DNA of 64,000 bases from contig CM082579.2 of NCBI GenBank assembly GCA_040954595.2, positions 1,625,908-1,689,907 of the forward strand, written 5' to 3'. Numbering within the stretch: the stretch's first letter is position 1; each line of letters begins with the position of its first letter. The DNA is from Balanoglossus misakiensis. Taxonomy: Eukaryota > Animalia > Hemichordata. Position numbers and translations under genes: made by a program. Of this stretch, positions 40,401-54,504 are shown one piece after another. The notes beneath the pieces are model-generated. The model saw only the letters and a list, made by a program, of their open reading frames with translations, had not been told where the DNA came from and did no database searches.

Positions 40401-43400
40401 GAACACTATCTTCTGCAAGTGCCAAAAGTTTGTTCTCACGCACATTAAATGTTCAGCAGATCTCATTAAGTTTAAAACACGAAAAACGTTCTCTGAACTT
40501 TATGGGATGTAGTGGACAGAATTCATATTTAAGATCTGGATCTCTATGTTTATTTGAACAAGTCTGTCGTTTCCACAACTAGATCTGTCGCCGTTATCTT
40601 GGCTAAACGTGACCCCCAATAGCGGTATTTGACGTGACCGTTGTAAATCAGTACCTCTTTACGGCGCATAATGACCCCAGCCAAGATAGTCTAGTGCGAG
40701 GCAGCGTTTGCGTGCGTCTAAGTATACGTGCACATGGTTTCAAAAGATGATGTGCGTGCACAGTGTAAGCAAGCGTCATTCCCTGCTGTGTCCTAAGCGC
40801 ACATAACCCACAAACAGGCAATCTCATTAAAACACTTCTACCAAATCTGTGCCGACACATTATCGATAGAATTGTACAAAGTTGCAATCAGCATCCTAAA
40901 GTGATCATAGCGTCCGCCAATAATGATATTTATTGGGCTACAGCGACAAAATGAAGAAAAGGTTAAGTGAAGCTCTGAGTGTTTGGAAATAAGCATCTCA
41001 ACTTATCGTGAAATGTATCTTTCGTCATCAAATCCGACTTGTCATTATCCACACATGCCTACACGTCGTTATCCAATTTGGATTGAAATGAGCATCCTTG
41101 TAAAACCAGATTACAGATAACATCAAGCGTCTCATTGGAATTCATAGATCCCTTACAGATTTCTGCATAATGGCAAAATTATCGGGTGTGATTGGAATGG
41201 TGATGGTCACTCTAGTTTACAAAACGCCCGACTTCAGACTTGAAGACATTTTAGAATACATGTTTAAAGAGGTCGTTCTAAAGACTGGGGATGCTTGCTT
41301 ATTTATCTCCTTGGTTTTGATCAAATTCATGCACTTGCAAACTTCGATACTCTATCTTGTTTCTTTTAAACTAAGGGGCTAATTATTACGAGATGTTGAT
41401 GTGTCATGTATAATGGACTTCACCGGAAAAAAAACTATTGAACACTTTTGAACTATGGCTTTAACGCACTTTATGTAGCAACAACACGATGTCTGTTTAC
41501 TCGATGAGGTATGGAATAATTGTTGACGTTGGCAATCTGTGTGAGTATGCTTTTAATCATGAGTTGATTTAAAATCATATCAATAACATCTGTGTGTACC
41601 GAACATGTTATTTAAGACAACAGCGCAGAAATGCTTCGGCACACCTCAATGCTATTAAGAGTTTGAGCCAAATTTCTTGTGAATACACTTATACACATAG
41701 CAATAAAATCCACTTAATATACTAATCCCCATAGTCCACTCCTTGCCTGTCTTGTTGAGACTGAAATTGTGAATGTGTTTAAGTTTCACCCTAGGGGTAT
41801 CTTCTGGCCAGAAAATTAGATTGCCTTAGTAATAGGCAGATGGGTTGTAAAACAAAGATAGGTGCGGTTTTGAGTAGAACCTTGGGTTTAATAAATTATA
41901 CAGATGACATTTACTTCTGCGAAACAGTTCAATGCATCAATGTACAGTCAGATACTTTAAAGAACTGAAAACGATGTGATAACTGTACTTTTTATTGTTC
42001 CAACTGTATGCTTGAAAATCATTATGTTTAACGATAATAAAATGTCAAGTTTCCGAGCCTGTTTTATACTATTTTTCGGAGAGCAAGACCATGGCAGGCG
42101 AGATGCAAAACCATGTCATTTATAACAAAGTCTTTGTGCGAGCCAAGCGGCTTTCACTTTTCCTGTGTAACTTTATGTAAGATAAAAACATCAGAGGCAG
42201 AAAGCACAACTTACGGCATCATAATCATGATGCGTTCGCATTGTTTGGAATGTTTGTCGTCGACAAACGATCGGCCGGGCCCTTATTGGAATTCGCTTTT
42301 GCACATGCGTGGTTACTGGGGGCATTTCCGGTTGCAGTGAAATATAGCTTCCGACATGTGGTGTGGATAAAAAGTAATTTTGTTCGCTTTTGTCCCGCTA
42401 AAAATGACATATTACCCCTTCAAGTCGCGTTGCATCAAGGTTTTATCGCCTATGCCATTTCTCTCAACCATTGCCAAACATGTTACTCCACTCTACAGCT
42501 GTAGAAATCGTTTTCTTGTTCTTCATGTAATTGAATTTACTTCAGTGGTATTTGGCTGTTTGCCTCTTATCCATCAAACACACACAGCAGTTGTCACAAG
42601 AGGTGCCAGTCTCCTGTACACTCTAGTAATCAGAATCTAATTCCGACTTTTAATCCACTAAGCCCATAAATCAGCACCAATTTGTTTGTCTGCGCTGTGG
42701 ACTCAAACTCTCCCTGGAGATGTGGCCCACCCTCGTTATGAAGCAAATGCAGCAGACTGCACTGGCAGATGTAACATACTAAGTTCCTGATGTTTGCCTC
42801 AATTCTGATGTCTGTGTTGGCATGTTGCTACAACTTTACAGCAGGGTGGCTAACACAAGGCTATTAACCCTAATACACTCAATTACATGTACTGTGTTTT
42901 AGGCCAGTGTACTTCCATCAAAGGTCAAAAGTACTTTTACTTGTTCATTCCCCATCCTCTAATCGACCTGGTTAATGTCCGATTCGTTTCCCCCAACATG
43001 TCAGAGCCAGGGGTATGGATATGATCTCTAAACCAAGGAACATGTACAAAAATGAAGATAAGCATCGGAGCAATTGGGAGAGAAGTCACGCAAATTCAGA
43101 AACGCTGACAGCAATGTGAAATGATGGAGTCGTGATGACTTAGAAATGCCAAGTTTTAAACTCACATGGCGTTGACAAGAATCATAGCGTACAAAATAGC
43201 ATTCTCTCTGCCTGATCAGATACGCCGTCGATTTCTTCCCTCTGTTTGGTGGCGTGTATAATTACATTAGTTCGATACCGCCACCCGCGGGAATTCTGCC
43301 CTGATCTTTGATCTACATATTACTCATTGCGCGCCTTTCTCGCCGAGCGCTTTCCATTAAAACACACGCGTTGTTATGGCATTAGGGCACCCTTCCATTG

Positions 43401-44399
43401 TGCGAATGTTTGAAAGACTGCAGAGCCGAAGAATGGACTAACATACGCCATCCATTTACGCTGACACGTACATTTGATCTCTTAATGTCCACAGTTCAGC
43501 TGGAGACGACAGACAGCGCACCATGGCGAGGTGGACGTCTATGAAAGATGCCAACTTGGCGCGATATCTTATCCTTAACTTGTATTTTTCCTTTCGCTCG
43601 ACTCTGATTCTCGTGGTTACGAGGTGACCGAAATCGATTAAAAGCAACCGCATGGTGTGGAGTTTGATGAGTTTACAACTGGTAACCTATCGATTTTCTC
43701 TGACAAAAATCCACGGTTATCTTTAACGCCTTGCGAACATTGCGAAAAACGGTTTTCGAAAAAACAACCCAAAAATCGAGAACATATGTTCACTGGCAAG
43801 ACTCTTTAATACTGGGTAAATCGTAGACTCCTTTAGACAAACATGTGTTGTATATGTGGCCTGCTGAGTAAGATTTTCATTTCTTTTCATAACTTGACAA
43901 AGCTATGTAACCCGCATCCTGCATATGTGACTGTATAGAGACTTAACCTTCATTTTAACCCGTTTCATCATTCGGTATTCATCGACTTGAAATGCTAGCG
44001 TTTTCTCGAAGTAGGTCACAGCGGGGTTTGGACATTGACAATTCTATTTTGATTACTTTACGTTCGTTCACCTGAGCCAAACATTCTGCGTCAATGTCAT
44101 CATCACGAAGGGTAAATATGATTCTCCCTCTCCCCGGGATTTGCCTTCACCATGAAATGAAGTGCAAGCGATCCACTTTGAGAACACAATCTATTCACTG
44201 TCAGCCCTGATTGCCAATATTTGAAAGCAACGCGTTCATTGTGTTGTCTTCTCTCCTCGCACAACACATGTCATTATTTGAAAATACACAAAGAGACACC
44301 TATAAATCTCCACGAATTTATCATTTTCCTCTTAATGACCATGTTCTCGAAATAAAGTTAAATAAAAATAATCTCTTCTGGTTTTCCCGTTAATTTCAG

Positions 44400-44537
44400 T
44401 GTGATCCGGGAGTGGGAGCTGATGCCCTCTTCGACCAGCTTTACCGAAAGCCGCCGATGATCATGTTGCTCGGGTCTGCCTGCTCCGAAGTGTCAAAACA
44501 CATCGCTCAGATTGTGCCTTTTTGGAATCTTGTCATG
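44400..44537 (+). CDS. GABA-B-R3: GABA-B-R3-like exon 2 (CDPGVGADALFDQLY...WNLVM)
   Basis: AG/GT bounded, 138 nt, phase 0-0. Confidence 0.95.
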
Positions 44538-45374
44538 GTAAGATTCTTGAACTTTCAACGCAACTACTTTCCATAGACTTTCGCTTCACGAGGGTTAGTT
44601 CAAATTGATACAGCATCTGCCAGTTTATTGTTATAGTTCCGCTCTTAGGAATGAACTTTTATATAATTATCATTTAACAGTGATTTCACAACAGTAGATT
44701 ACGAAGAACCAGCTAGAGTAAACAAAATGCGAATTGAGTTATGGTTTTGAAGGAATGAAATGCTAAAAATGTATGAGTTATCAAATGAATTCAGATCATG
44801 TGCGTGCGGTCTCCAAAACCAAAACAGGGACGGAAAATAATAAAGTCTGTGGTCGGAAGAGATGAAAAATCTCTCTTGATAGAACATAGTTTGGAGAGGA
44901 TTGCGATCCAGCGCGTATTGAGAGATGCCTTAATAATCTATTGAAAACGAAGCTTCAAAGGGATATTTGAGTTTCCACATGACTGCATGATTGCTTTTCG
45001 GATCAACGGATGGATGAGTATGTTGTATGGCGTGGCAGGAAATAACACCTGTTGTGATATTGACACCCCAAGCTTGATGATTCTGCAAAATAAGTCGGTT
45101 CTTTTGAAGGGCTTCGGCACCATGGATCACTGACTAATCACCGTGATATCAACGGCACCCCATCGAAAGGGGATGCTGCGCGGGTAGAGACATCACCGAG
45201 GGACTTCACACATTTAAGATAAAAAAAGCGTATTTTTGTTATGACAAACGGAGGAAGAGAAAGAGTGACACAGACAGATCTTGGATAATTCGTCAAAATC
45301 ACGTTTTCAGGAGTCCTCATCAAAATGTGCTATTGTCATTCCACATAACTTGTATGAAACAATTTCCCTTGCAG

Positions 45375-45545
45375 CTCTCCTACGCTTCGACATCTGTGGC
45401 ACTGACAGACAGGGAACTATATCCCACATTTTACCGCACTGTGGCACCTGATTCCGCCCATAATGCCGCAAGGGCGGCGTTCTTGCGTCATTTCCAGTGG
45501 AAGAGAGTCGCGATTCTCAGGCAGGACGAGGAACTTTTTTCTCTT
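45375..45545 (+). CDS. GABA-B-R3: GABA-B-R3-like exon 3 (LSYASTS...FYRTVAPDSAHN...LFSL)
   Basis: AG/GT bounded, 171 nt. Confidence 0.95.
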
Positions 45546-45757
45546 GTGAGTATTCAATGATATTGGAAAAGACAGTTTCCATTTGGCAGTATCAGAGACA
45601 TTACAGCTGCTTGATGATTTAGTCAGGTTTTATATTTTATCAATTTAGTGAAACGGAAGACAATTTTCCATGAATGGGCCACGTAATAAAGTTTGTTCTA
45701 TTTGATTCAACAGACATACATATGGTCTAATTTTGCCTTTGCTTTTCTGACCGACAG

Positions 45758-45862
45758 ACAACGGACAAGATGCAAAGCTATTTTGAAGAATATACGAACA
45801 TCACCGTTATCGCTGTTGAAGGCTTTATCGATGACCCCTCCTCTCAAATCAAGCAATTAAAG
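45758..45862 (+). CDS. GABA-B-R3: GABA-B-R3-like exon 4 (TTDKMQ...QIKQLK)
   Basis: AG/GT bounded, 105 nt. Confidence 0.9.
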
Positions 45863-46938
45863 GTGAGTGACAGACATCTTAACAAATCGTAAACCCCGAG
45901 CTCTCCATGGCATTCCGGTAAGGGATTTCGTCAAACGTTTTCCTCCCGTAAAAAGAATTTAATCAAATATATTTAATTACGTGCACTCACAACGGTGGCC
46001 CTTTTTAGACCTGCGCAGTTTTATTTTTCAATTAAGTGAATTTAATCTTCCAGTTTTGATGAATGTTACATTACTTTTCTACCTACGATTATGAAATGTC
46101 AAATGTAGAAATGCAAAAGTGGATGCCTCCTTGACATTTGATTCGGGTGTAAGCATTTTAAATTGCCTACAAAATTTAAAATTGAATTGTGAATATTAAT
46201 TGCGCGATAATTATACCAAAGTCGATGCAGTTTGATAACCTTTGGTATTTTGCTATATATATATATCAGTATGAAAGCACGGCAAGTATGCATCGTGTTT
46301 CATTCGTTTCGTGTGATATTACTCCAGTCACACGCTATCGAGGCCACGTGATCAAAGTCAACGTATTCCGTTCAAACAGCACAGAAAGGGAAGAAAAACT
46401 ACCCTTGGAGGGCATCGCCAATCCAGAATTATGATTAATCTCGGCCAGAGTATTAAGGGTCCCAATCGCATGATCCAGGAAATTAAAACATGATTGATTT
46501 GAAGGAAACCACCCCAAATTTGTCAAACGTATCAATTTTGGGAGAGAGTGCGTCTGAAGTCTCACTCAAGGTTTCTGAGTTCGTGACAAGGAAAGCCACT
46601 CACCGTTTTATGAGTACTGTCAACATGGGAATTATGTTGTCAGTAAAATAAGGCCGTATGTTGACAATTCAGGCGACGGGTCGATTTTTTACCTCTATCT
46701 GTATGTGTTATAGAATAGCCCTGTGACATGCCACTTAACGGATTGAAACCGTATCTGATCTTGTTCTGATAGATATTAATCTAAAATTCCAGTTTATTGA
46801 GCAGGCAGGCTCTCCCTGACAGAAGCGGATATTACATTAATTCACCATTATTATTCTTGTATAGTACAGACAACGATGATGCTACGCAAAAATATCAGCT
46901 CTTTGTATTAACAAGAATGACTTCTTTGTGTTCAACAG

Positions 46939-47004
46939 GAGCTAGACGCCAGAATCATCATTGGTGGTTTCCACGAAAAAGAAGCACGACATGTATTCTG
47001 TCAG
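46939..47004 (+). CDS. GABA-B-R3: GABA-B-R3-like exon 5 (ELDARIIIGGF...VFCQ)
   Basis: AG/GT bounded, 66 nt, DARIII motif. Confidence 0.93.
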
Positions 47005-47696
47005 GTATTTATCCGTGCATCCTAATCTGAAATCAGCTTTGTCAAGTAACCAATCAATATTTAATTTGAAATCTAAATCTGATTCCGAGTTAACTGGATT
47101 AATATAACTTATTCTGTTGGGACAATAGCTGTAATGTTTGATATATGTTTTCAGCAATATATCTTCATTATTTTTGTCATTGGTAGTAAACAATGGATTT
47201 ATTTTACGTTACTTCAGTTCTTTACAGCATTTAGACATAAAGTTTCATATCTCAGATGGTTCACTGAGCTAAATAATGTTATGAGTCGGTGCGTTCACCG
47301 TCACGTTTCGATCTGAATGCCCATGTACATCAATAACCGTCCCTAGATACCATCGTGCACCCTGCCATACATATCAGCATTGATTTGATAGTAACATTTC
47401 TGATTTACTTATCCGTTCGTTGATTCGAATGTAGCACTTTCTTCACGAGTAAGAAGTATAAAAGTTATCATTAGCCATTCTGTCAATAATGTGAGCATAC
47501 CTATCCCTATGCCATAATTATACGTCATTCAAATGTGGAGACAGAATTCTGTTCACATTCTAGGCAATACTTTAACTATGCATATTTGGCAGAGATTCTG
47601 GATAGCAATACATTTGGGTATTCATGCAAGCATGATCGACAATGTTATAAACATTGATAGATACCCTGTGGAATAGACACACTGTATCTGTTACAG

Positions 47697-47885
47697 GCAT
47701 ACAGACATGGTCTTTATGGGAGTAAATACGTCTGGGTATTGGTTGGATGGTACAGGCCAGACTGGTGGCTCTACGACAACGATACAGACTGTTCGGTCGA
47801 AGAACTCGCGGAGGCCACTGACAACTACATTGCTGTGGAATCACTTAACAGAGATCTAAATGGTGAACCGGGCATTTCTGGGTTG
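47697..47885 (+). CDS. GABA-B-R3: GABA-B-R3-like exon 6 (AYRHGLYGSKYVW...GWYRPDWW...ISGL)
   Basis: AG/GT bounded, 189 nt. Confidence 0.95.
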
Positions 47886-48342
47886 GTAGGTCCAGCCAAC
47901 ATTTGGAATTTTTCCCCCGAACAGGACCGATTTTGAGCAGTTTACATCAATGCGATTTGCCTTGGTATGCATGAGAAACTGCCGATTCAATTAGTCCTGC
48001 CGTACGGATGGTACTTGTGCAGTTTAATGCTCGATCAATAAAAGATGATCAGTATGTCAGTCGCACACTGTTTAATTAAGCATACTTCCTCGAATATGGC
48101 CAGTGTAAATATTTAATACACGACATATTACAAGTACGCTGTGTTTTATCAATTTTTGACGGATCCAACCGATGATGAAACACTATTTACTGAGAAGTGT
48201 GTGAGTACCTGTGTGTATACTGGGTAGATGGGCAGGCAGACCAGGCAGATGGTACATGCGTATCATTAATACAATGTCGGGTATAGCATCCGTTAAAGTT
48301 AATACATAGTGCAATTATACATGACGTAATGATCTTTTCTAG

Positions 48343-48579
48343 GTTCCAGATGATTTTGAGGAAGAACTTGTACTTGGAGGACAAGAAGTAACCATGTATT
48401 CACCACAAACCTATGACGCCGTATGGACGATAGCGTTGGTGATTCAACGATTACTGGAGCAAAGCAACGACACTGGAAGTGGGCAGAACATCTCACTGAC
48501 TGACATCCAGTACGGCAATGCACATCTTCAGAATAGGATACAGAAAATTCTAGAAGAGATACAGTTCAAGGGAATTTCA
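48343..48579 (+). CDS. GABA-B-R3: GABA-B-R3-like exon 7 (VPDDF...TYDAVW...FKGIS)
   Basis: AG/GT bounded, 237 nt. Confidence 0.93.
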
Positions 48580-50943
48580 GTAAGCTCTCTTAGTATTCTA
48601 TAGTTTTCAATCAGGAAAGTTGACGGGCAGTTAACAATATTACATTAACACTGCTTAGGATGCTTCATATTTGTCCAATTGGGATCGTCCCTTTTTACAT
48701 ATAAAGGCTTGACATCCATTGAATGAAACTCCCGGAACCAATCATGATTTGAATAGACCAAACTGCAGACTGATCAACTGTTTCTAACTACTTTAACAAT
48801 TAAGGCTCATACCAGCACACATTGAAAACTATGACCGTGGACAAGACGACATGCTATGGAAGCATACATCACGGTGCTAGTTTTGATGATGTTTATGACT
48901 TGATAAATGCGTATGCGTATAGAATTCAATTATGGCTGTTGAACTCTTTGTTAACTGTACAGAAAAAAGTTGAGTTTGATCTCCTAGAAAGGTATTTAGT
49001 GAACACCAAATTTATTCCACCCAAGCTTAAAACATTTGTGATGAATTAGCAGATTTAACAGACTGCGATTTTTCACAAAGACTGTCTTTCCCCCGGGGGT
49101 GCACTCTCCGTTAATTTGAGGTCCTAATCAAACTACACAGACATGATAGAAGGGTAATTCGCTTGTGGACTCAAGTCTGATTACTCCCCAGAGGTAGACA
49201 ACACACTGGCAGCTCAGATAAAGCTTTCAAATGGTTAGAATGCTAATTGAAATGTAGCAGTCCATCCATGCAGCCAGCGCACACAGAATACAATATCTAG
49301 CAGAGATCCATCATGAAATCAAAATAAACTAATTACAGGACTTAAAAAGGGGAATATCTTAACAACCAAATAGCTACATGATTATTTCAAATGAATACGC
49401 GTCTATGAACATTCGCCTGTCAATTTCTGTCTCAGCTAGTTCCTTTAAAACCCATATACAGTGTCAGCACAGTCATTTCCGAAGTTGCAGAAAATTCGCT
49501 GCATTTATAGTTCTGAGTTTCGTCCTTCATTAGGTAGGCCCAGTCAAATCAACTTTCCAGACTTCGTTTCTTAGTAATGATGAGACTCAGAAATTATTTC
49601 GAGCCGAAGGAGGTCATTAGGGTCGTACGCAGAAGCCTGTTATGGTTTTATTTTGCATGTACATTGCTGTCAACTAAATCCTGATTTCTCCTCTATACAT
49701 ATATGAATAGTATATGAATCTCAGGGAATTTTCCTGCCCCCGGCATTCACACACACAAGCAATCCCTCGTGGCGTGACCTGACTTGACCCCGTTCCACCT
49801 GCTTGCTTCGTCCCGCGCAATCCACTCTTTGTCTACTTGTCAAGCCGAAGATTTTCGATGATGTAAAGCACTGTAAAATGGCTATCAAATTAGATTGTAA
49901 CGCACAGGCGTTTTATTGCAAGGAGCAATCAATGTTGTTTACATTATAATCGCTATTATTGTCGTCATCGCAGTTTCCGGTCTTACGCGCGTTAAAGATG
50001 AATGGAAGACGATTTCGTGATGAGGTGATATCTATGCAATGCCAAAAATATTCAAAAACTCTTGTGCCGTATTTGCAACAAACCTCGCATATTGATCGAT
50101 GAAGTGGCAAGCGATCGCGAATGCGGTCACCGAGTATTTATAGTTAGTTATAAATGGATATAGGCAGTGTCAGACAGTCTGCCAGGGAATTACCTTATCA
50201 ATCATAATATGCAACTTTGATTAGAAGAAAAGAAAACACGGTCAATAAGCCGTATCTTATGATCGACGAGGGTATCACCATGTAAAGTAGCCCATGCTTG
50301 ATCGGCCTTATTCCCTCAGAATAACCGCCGGCGATTCAAGGAACCAGATTAATGGCTGCTTTGGGTCACGGTAGCGAATATTAGTGTTCAGAGTTCATTC
50401 AGTTCTCTACAGAGGTGCATGTTTAGTTATCAAATAAGAAAGTTAGATTTTAAAATAACAAAGGCCAGTTTGGTAGAGTCATGGCACATTTACACCAGCT
50501 TGTGTTGACCTGAACAGTTTCACTATTGTCATTGGTGGCAATATATTAATATCAAACTTACACTTGTCATTTTTCAGTTACTTTCAAGGATAATATTTCA
50601 TATTCGACAAATATTTACATTGAACGTTGGATCTTAAAAAACCTTACTGGTGTGTTCGATTCTTTCTTTCCGCTATTATTTATTTTCGAATTATATGTTT
50701 TTGCAGTCAAGCGAAACGATCTGATGGCAGATGTGTAGTCCCTATTATTATTCACAACATCAAATCGATGCACACACAGGTCCTTTCAGATTTGTGGAGT
50801 ACAATTTCACACGTGCCTCGATCATTAACTTTCCACATAATGCACTTTGTACTGAACAAACATTCAAGATCACATCCAATAAAAGGTCATGGGGTGCAGA
50901 ACAGGAAAATTATGAGGCTCTTTCAGTGACATCAATAATTAAA

Positions 50944-51591
50944 TAATAACACATGATAGCGAGGGCAATATCACGATTTGAAGCCTGCACGAGGGATGGT
51001 GATCTCTGACCATAATATTGATGATGCCCGAGCCGCAGGCGAGGGTATCATCAATATTGTGGTCAGAGATCACCAGCCCGAGGGCAGGCTTCAAATCGTG
51101 ATGTTGCCCGAGCATAATGTGTTATTAATTTTATTACGCCGAACATTTGAACGTACATACACTGCAGCATGTAGACTCGCGTCCATATGTCGTACGTTGC
51201 TGAGAATGTAAAATGTCTCGATCTCCCAAGAATTATACGATACCTACTTCGAACTTAGATTATTTTGAAAATACTGCGCTGTTGGTTGCGATTTTGGTGT
51301 ATTTACTGCCCGTTTGCAGTAAAATATCATCCAGTTGAACAGGTGCTAAGCCTGTGTGTCGCTTTGAAGCCATATAGATGCGGGAGTTGACTGATCGTGA
51401 AGGAAGCCATTGAACGACAGTTTGGAACGCGCAGAAGTCGCGCGCAGAACACCAAAACAACCCAGCGGGCAATATCAGCGCACGCGACAGGGCTTTATCA
51501 ACTCTAGCCATGTTATATCACTTTTTTTTCTATATCACGTGAGCGCGTCTCAGCCAATCACGAAAACGGTATAATACGTGAGGTGTAATAA
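50944..51591. mobile_element. Non-autonomous element with a 184-nt 5' hairpin (Crypton-like architecture, tentative)
   Basis: Hairpin at 50944-51127. TTATTACGCC (51131-51140) is inverted relative to the terminal GGTGTAATAA (51582-51591). TAATAA occurs at both ends. Confidence 0.6.
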
Positions 51592-51665
51592 TGCAGAATA
51601 TATTACATCGTTTATTGCCCTCTGGACCTGTTCAAACTTGTATTTTTATTCTTTCTGTTCGACAG

Positions 51666-51726
51666 GGAACCGTGTCGTTTGACGGACCCGACAGAACAAG
51701 CATCACTGTTTTCGAGCAAAATCAGG
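51666..51726 (+). CDS. GABA-B-R3: GABA-B-R3-like exon 8 (GTVSFDGPDR...EQNQ)
   Basis: AG/GT bounded, 61 nt, phase 0-1. Confidence 0.93.
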
Positions 51727-52588
51727 GTGAGTGTGACCTGCAACTTTGGTTATTTACATTTTTCTCTCGCGTATGTATATGTGTCCTGGTCGATCCAGTG
51801 TGCAAACAGTCCCTAGGTGTGAACAGTCTCTGAAGTACTGGATAAAGCTTCAGTAAAGCTCAAACATTCGAAAATGTAACATATGTATTTATAAATATCT
51901 GTTAATACTCTTCAGGGCATGACTGTATCTGCAGTATGTTTTTGTATAGAACCCCCTCCTCCATCGTCTGAAATAGCATGGTTTTGTTTGACCAGTGGTA
52001 ATGTGGCACTTATGTGAACTGTGCGTTTTTGCTTGTTTGTAGATGTGTCAATTTTGCAGTCTCTTGAAATTAGAAGTATCTCGCTCATTCTCATCGCTGT
52101 TGCATTTTCTTCTGATTTATAGACATATACTGAATTTCCGTAGGCGTGTTGTGTCCAAAGTACACATTGCAATATGACGCCACTACCTGTATAGAAATGA
52201 ATTATGTGAACGAAATATTAACAGTTATCTACAACTGTAAAATCCGAAACACAAACCATGACCCGAATGTAAACCAAGTCAGATTACTGTGTTTAAGTCA
52301 AGCCAAATTCAGTGGTATAAAATAAGCTCGTATTGTGTTTATTCGGTGTGACAGTGTTTACCCGCAAGATTTGTACAAAACAACCACACTTCTTAATTGC
52401 AAGCTCGCTCTGGTCGACCTTGACCCGACAACGAATATCGAAATGACGATTTTAAACATTTAAGTATTTGTTGTTTATAGATTTAGCTGTGAAGCCTTAA
52501 CAAATTTCAGGTTGAAACGTGTTGTTTGGAATGAAATGGTTACAATAAAATGGAAATAATATCACTTTCGCCTTCCCTCATACTTTAG

Positions 52589-52678
52589 GCGGAACACTCC
52601 AGCGCATAGGCATATTTGATCCAGAAACAAATGAATTAATTCTAAATGCTACAGACTGTGAACCCATACAATGGCAAG
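52589..52678 (+). CDS. GABA-B-R3: GABA-B-R3-like exon 9 (GTLQRIG...PIQWQ)
   Basis: AG/GT bounded, 90 nt, phase 1-1. Confidence 0.92.
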
Positions 52679-53488
52679 GTAAGTATCAAGATTGTAAGAA
52701 CTCCTTAGTGTCAAAACTGGCTTATGATTCATATCCAAATAATAGTACAGTTTGTCATCTGCAATTTGTCACGTCAATGTTAACTGCGACTACGGATTTG
52801 TGTCAAATCAGAATCATATCAAAATTTGACAAATGCTCAGATGTAAGAGACGACTGCTGCTTTTGCTAGAGCGTAATTCAGGCGAACAGAAAAAACTACT
52901 TCGTAAAGTACGTTGAACGTTCACACCATTATCGTCATCTGGCTAGAACAAAATCAAGAAAGAGACTCTGGAACACCAACTATAAAGTGCCGTACTCTTA
53001 ACTAATGTATGAGGCATCAATACACAGGTCCCAGGTATTTTCTCCACTTGTGGTCGTTCAAGCACGTACTCTGGTCCGTGCGGTAAACTTAACAAGAAGT
53101 GCTTAATTTCGGAGCATGCTAATTTTTGAAGGGCTCAGTCGGTTGTGAGAACTCTAACCAAATTAAAACGCCCAGAGTGAACATACCTCGTGCATTAACT
53201 AATTTCCAAATCAAATCATTGGTAGCAACGGATACTTTTACCTTTTATCACAATGCATTATTGGGTCGGCACAATTGCGTGGAAACGAATTGTGTAAACG
53301 GCACCAAATGTAATTAACACAAAACCAATACCAAGGCCTACGTCGTTCTATCAGAAGAATCCCCCACCAATATTACCACACCGTGACAAGCAGCAAGCTT
53401 TGAAATCCAAAGGAGAATAGTTTCAGCGGCCATGTTTTTTCTCTCGGTATTATTGCCTTCAAGGTCAATTTCTGTGTTGATTTCACAG

Positions 53489-53639
53489 GTGGAAAGGTTC
53501 CTTTTGATCAGCTGATGATAATTGACGAGCTCGTACATATCAACAAGATTGCCTTCCTGTCAATCACTCTACTCTCCGTTTCTGGAATCTTTCTGGCGCT
53601 GTTGTTTCTTTTATTCAATTGCCGATACAGAAACACTAA
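53489..53639 (+). CDS. GABA-B-R3: GABA-B-R3-like exon 10 (GKVPFD...TM1...FNCRYRN)
   Basis: AG/GT bounded, 151 nt, phase 1-2. Confidence 0.93.
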
Positions 53640-54368
53640 GTAAGTGAGCATTATCTTCTACAATCAAATACCTGTTCGTACACTTAGTCTCCGATAACTG
53701 CTCATTTATTTCGAATTGACCAACTTATAGAGGGTGACATTTTACATTATAAGTAAATTCAATTTGTCTCTCGTTCTAACTACCCTGATTTGAGGCTCAG
53801 AATATGCAATGATTTTTTTTCGCGTCCGACCATTTCTTCAAACATAAGTTGTCACTTTGCCTCAGATGACAAAGACCAAACCCACCCAGCGCTCATCTCA
53901 TTGTTCACCCACTCAAACATATATGCACAGCGTCAAGCAATTTTTATAGTTCTGGTCTTTCCCCCTTCCCCAATATATACCTGAACATTGCGAGTGGAAT
54001 GTACTTGGTTAAAACAAAATTATTGCTTCCGTTTAGTGACTTTATCACCTGAGTGAACAGCGCTTGCTGTAAATTTGAATGACAGTGACCACTGAAGTAC
54101 CCTTGAAATCTATCCTTGACATGAGTATTCATAGCCTAGTCTATGTACTTCTGCAGAATGATCAAAGTTTCATTACACTTCAATTATTCATGATGATAAA
54201 AATCCTTGCATTACAATCGCAACGATCCCTTTGCGAACGGGTCATAAATACTTTTGAATCACTTAAAAAGCATTCACGACATTCTCCTGAAAAGTGGGAG
54301 AAGTTCGCACTTGGCTACACTAATGAAAATTGACAGTTGTTAAATATTCATGGTGCTTTTTATTATAG

Positions 54369-54504
54369 GTACATAAAACTGTCCAGTCCGAACTTGAATA
54401 ATTTAGTCATCATTGGAAGCATACTGGTGTACATCTGTCTCATCCTGTTAGGATTGAATTCCACCATCGTAAATGACAACCGCGTACTATCAATAATATG
54501 CACG
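54369..54504 (+). CDS. GABA-B-R3: GABA-B-R3-like exon 11 (YIKLSSPNLN...TM2...ICT)
   Basis: AG/GT bounded, 136 nt, phase 2-0. Confidence 0.95.

Noticed and set aside
50978-51211. 77-aa ORF or pre-miRNA reading of the long hairpin
   Set aside because: The ORF is incidental to the palindrome. A GCA triloop and CGAG/CGAG mismatches fit a DNA fold better than a Drosha substrate.
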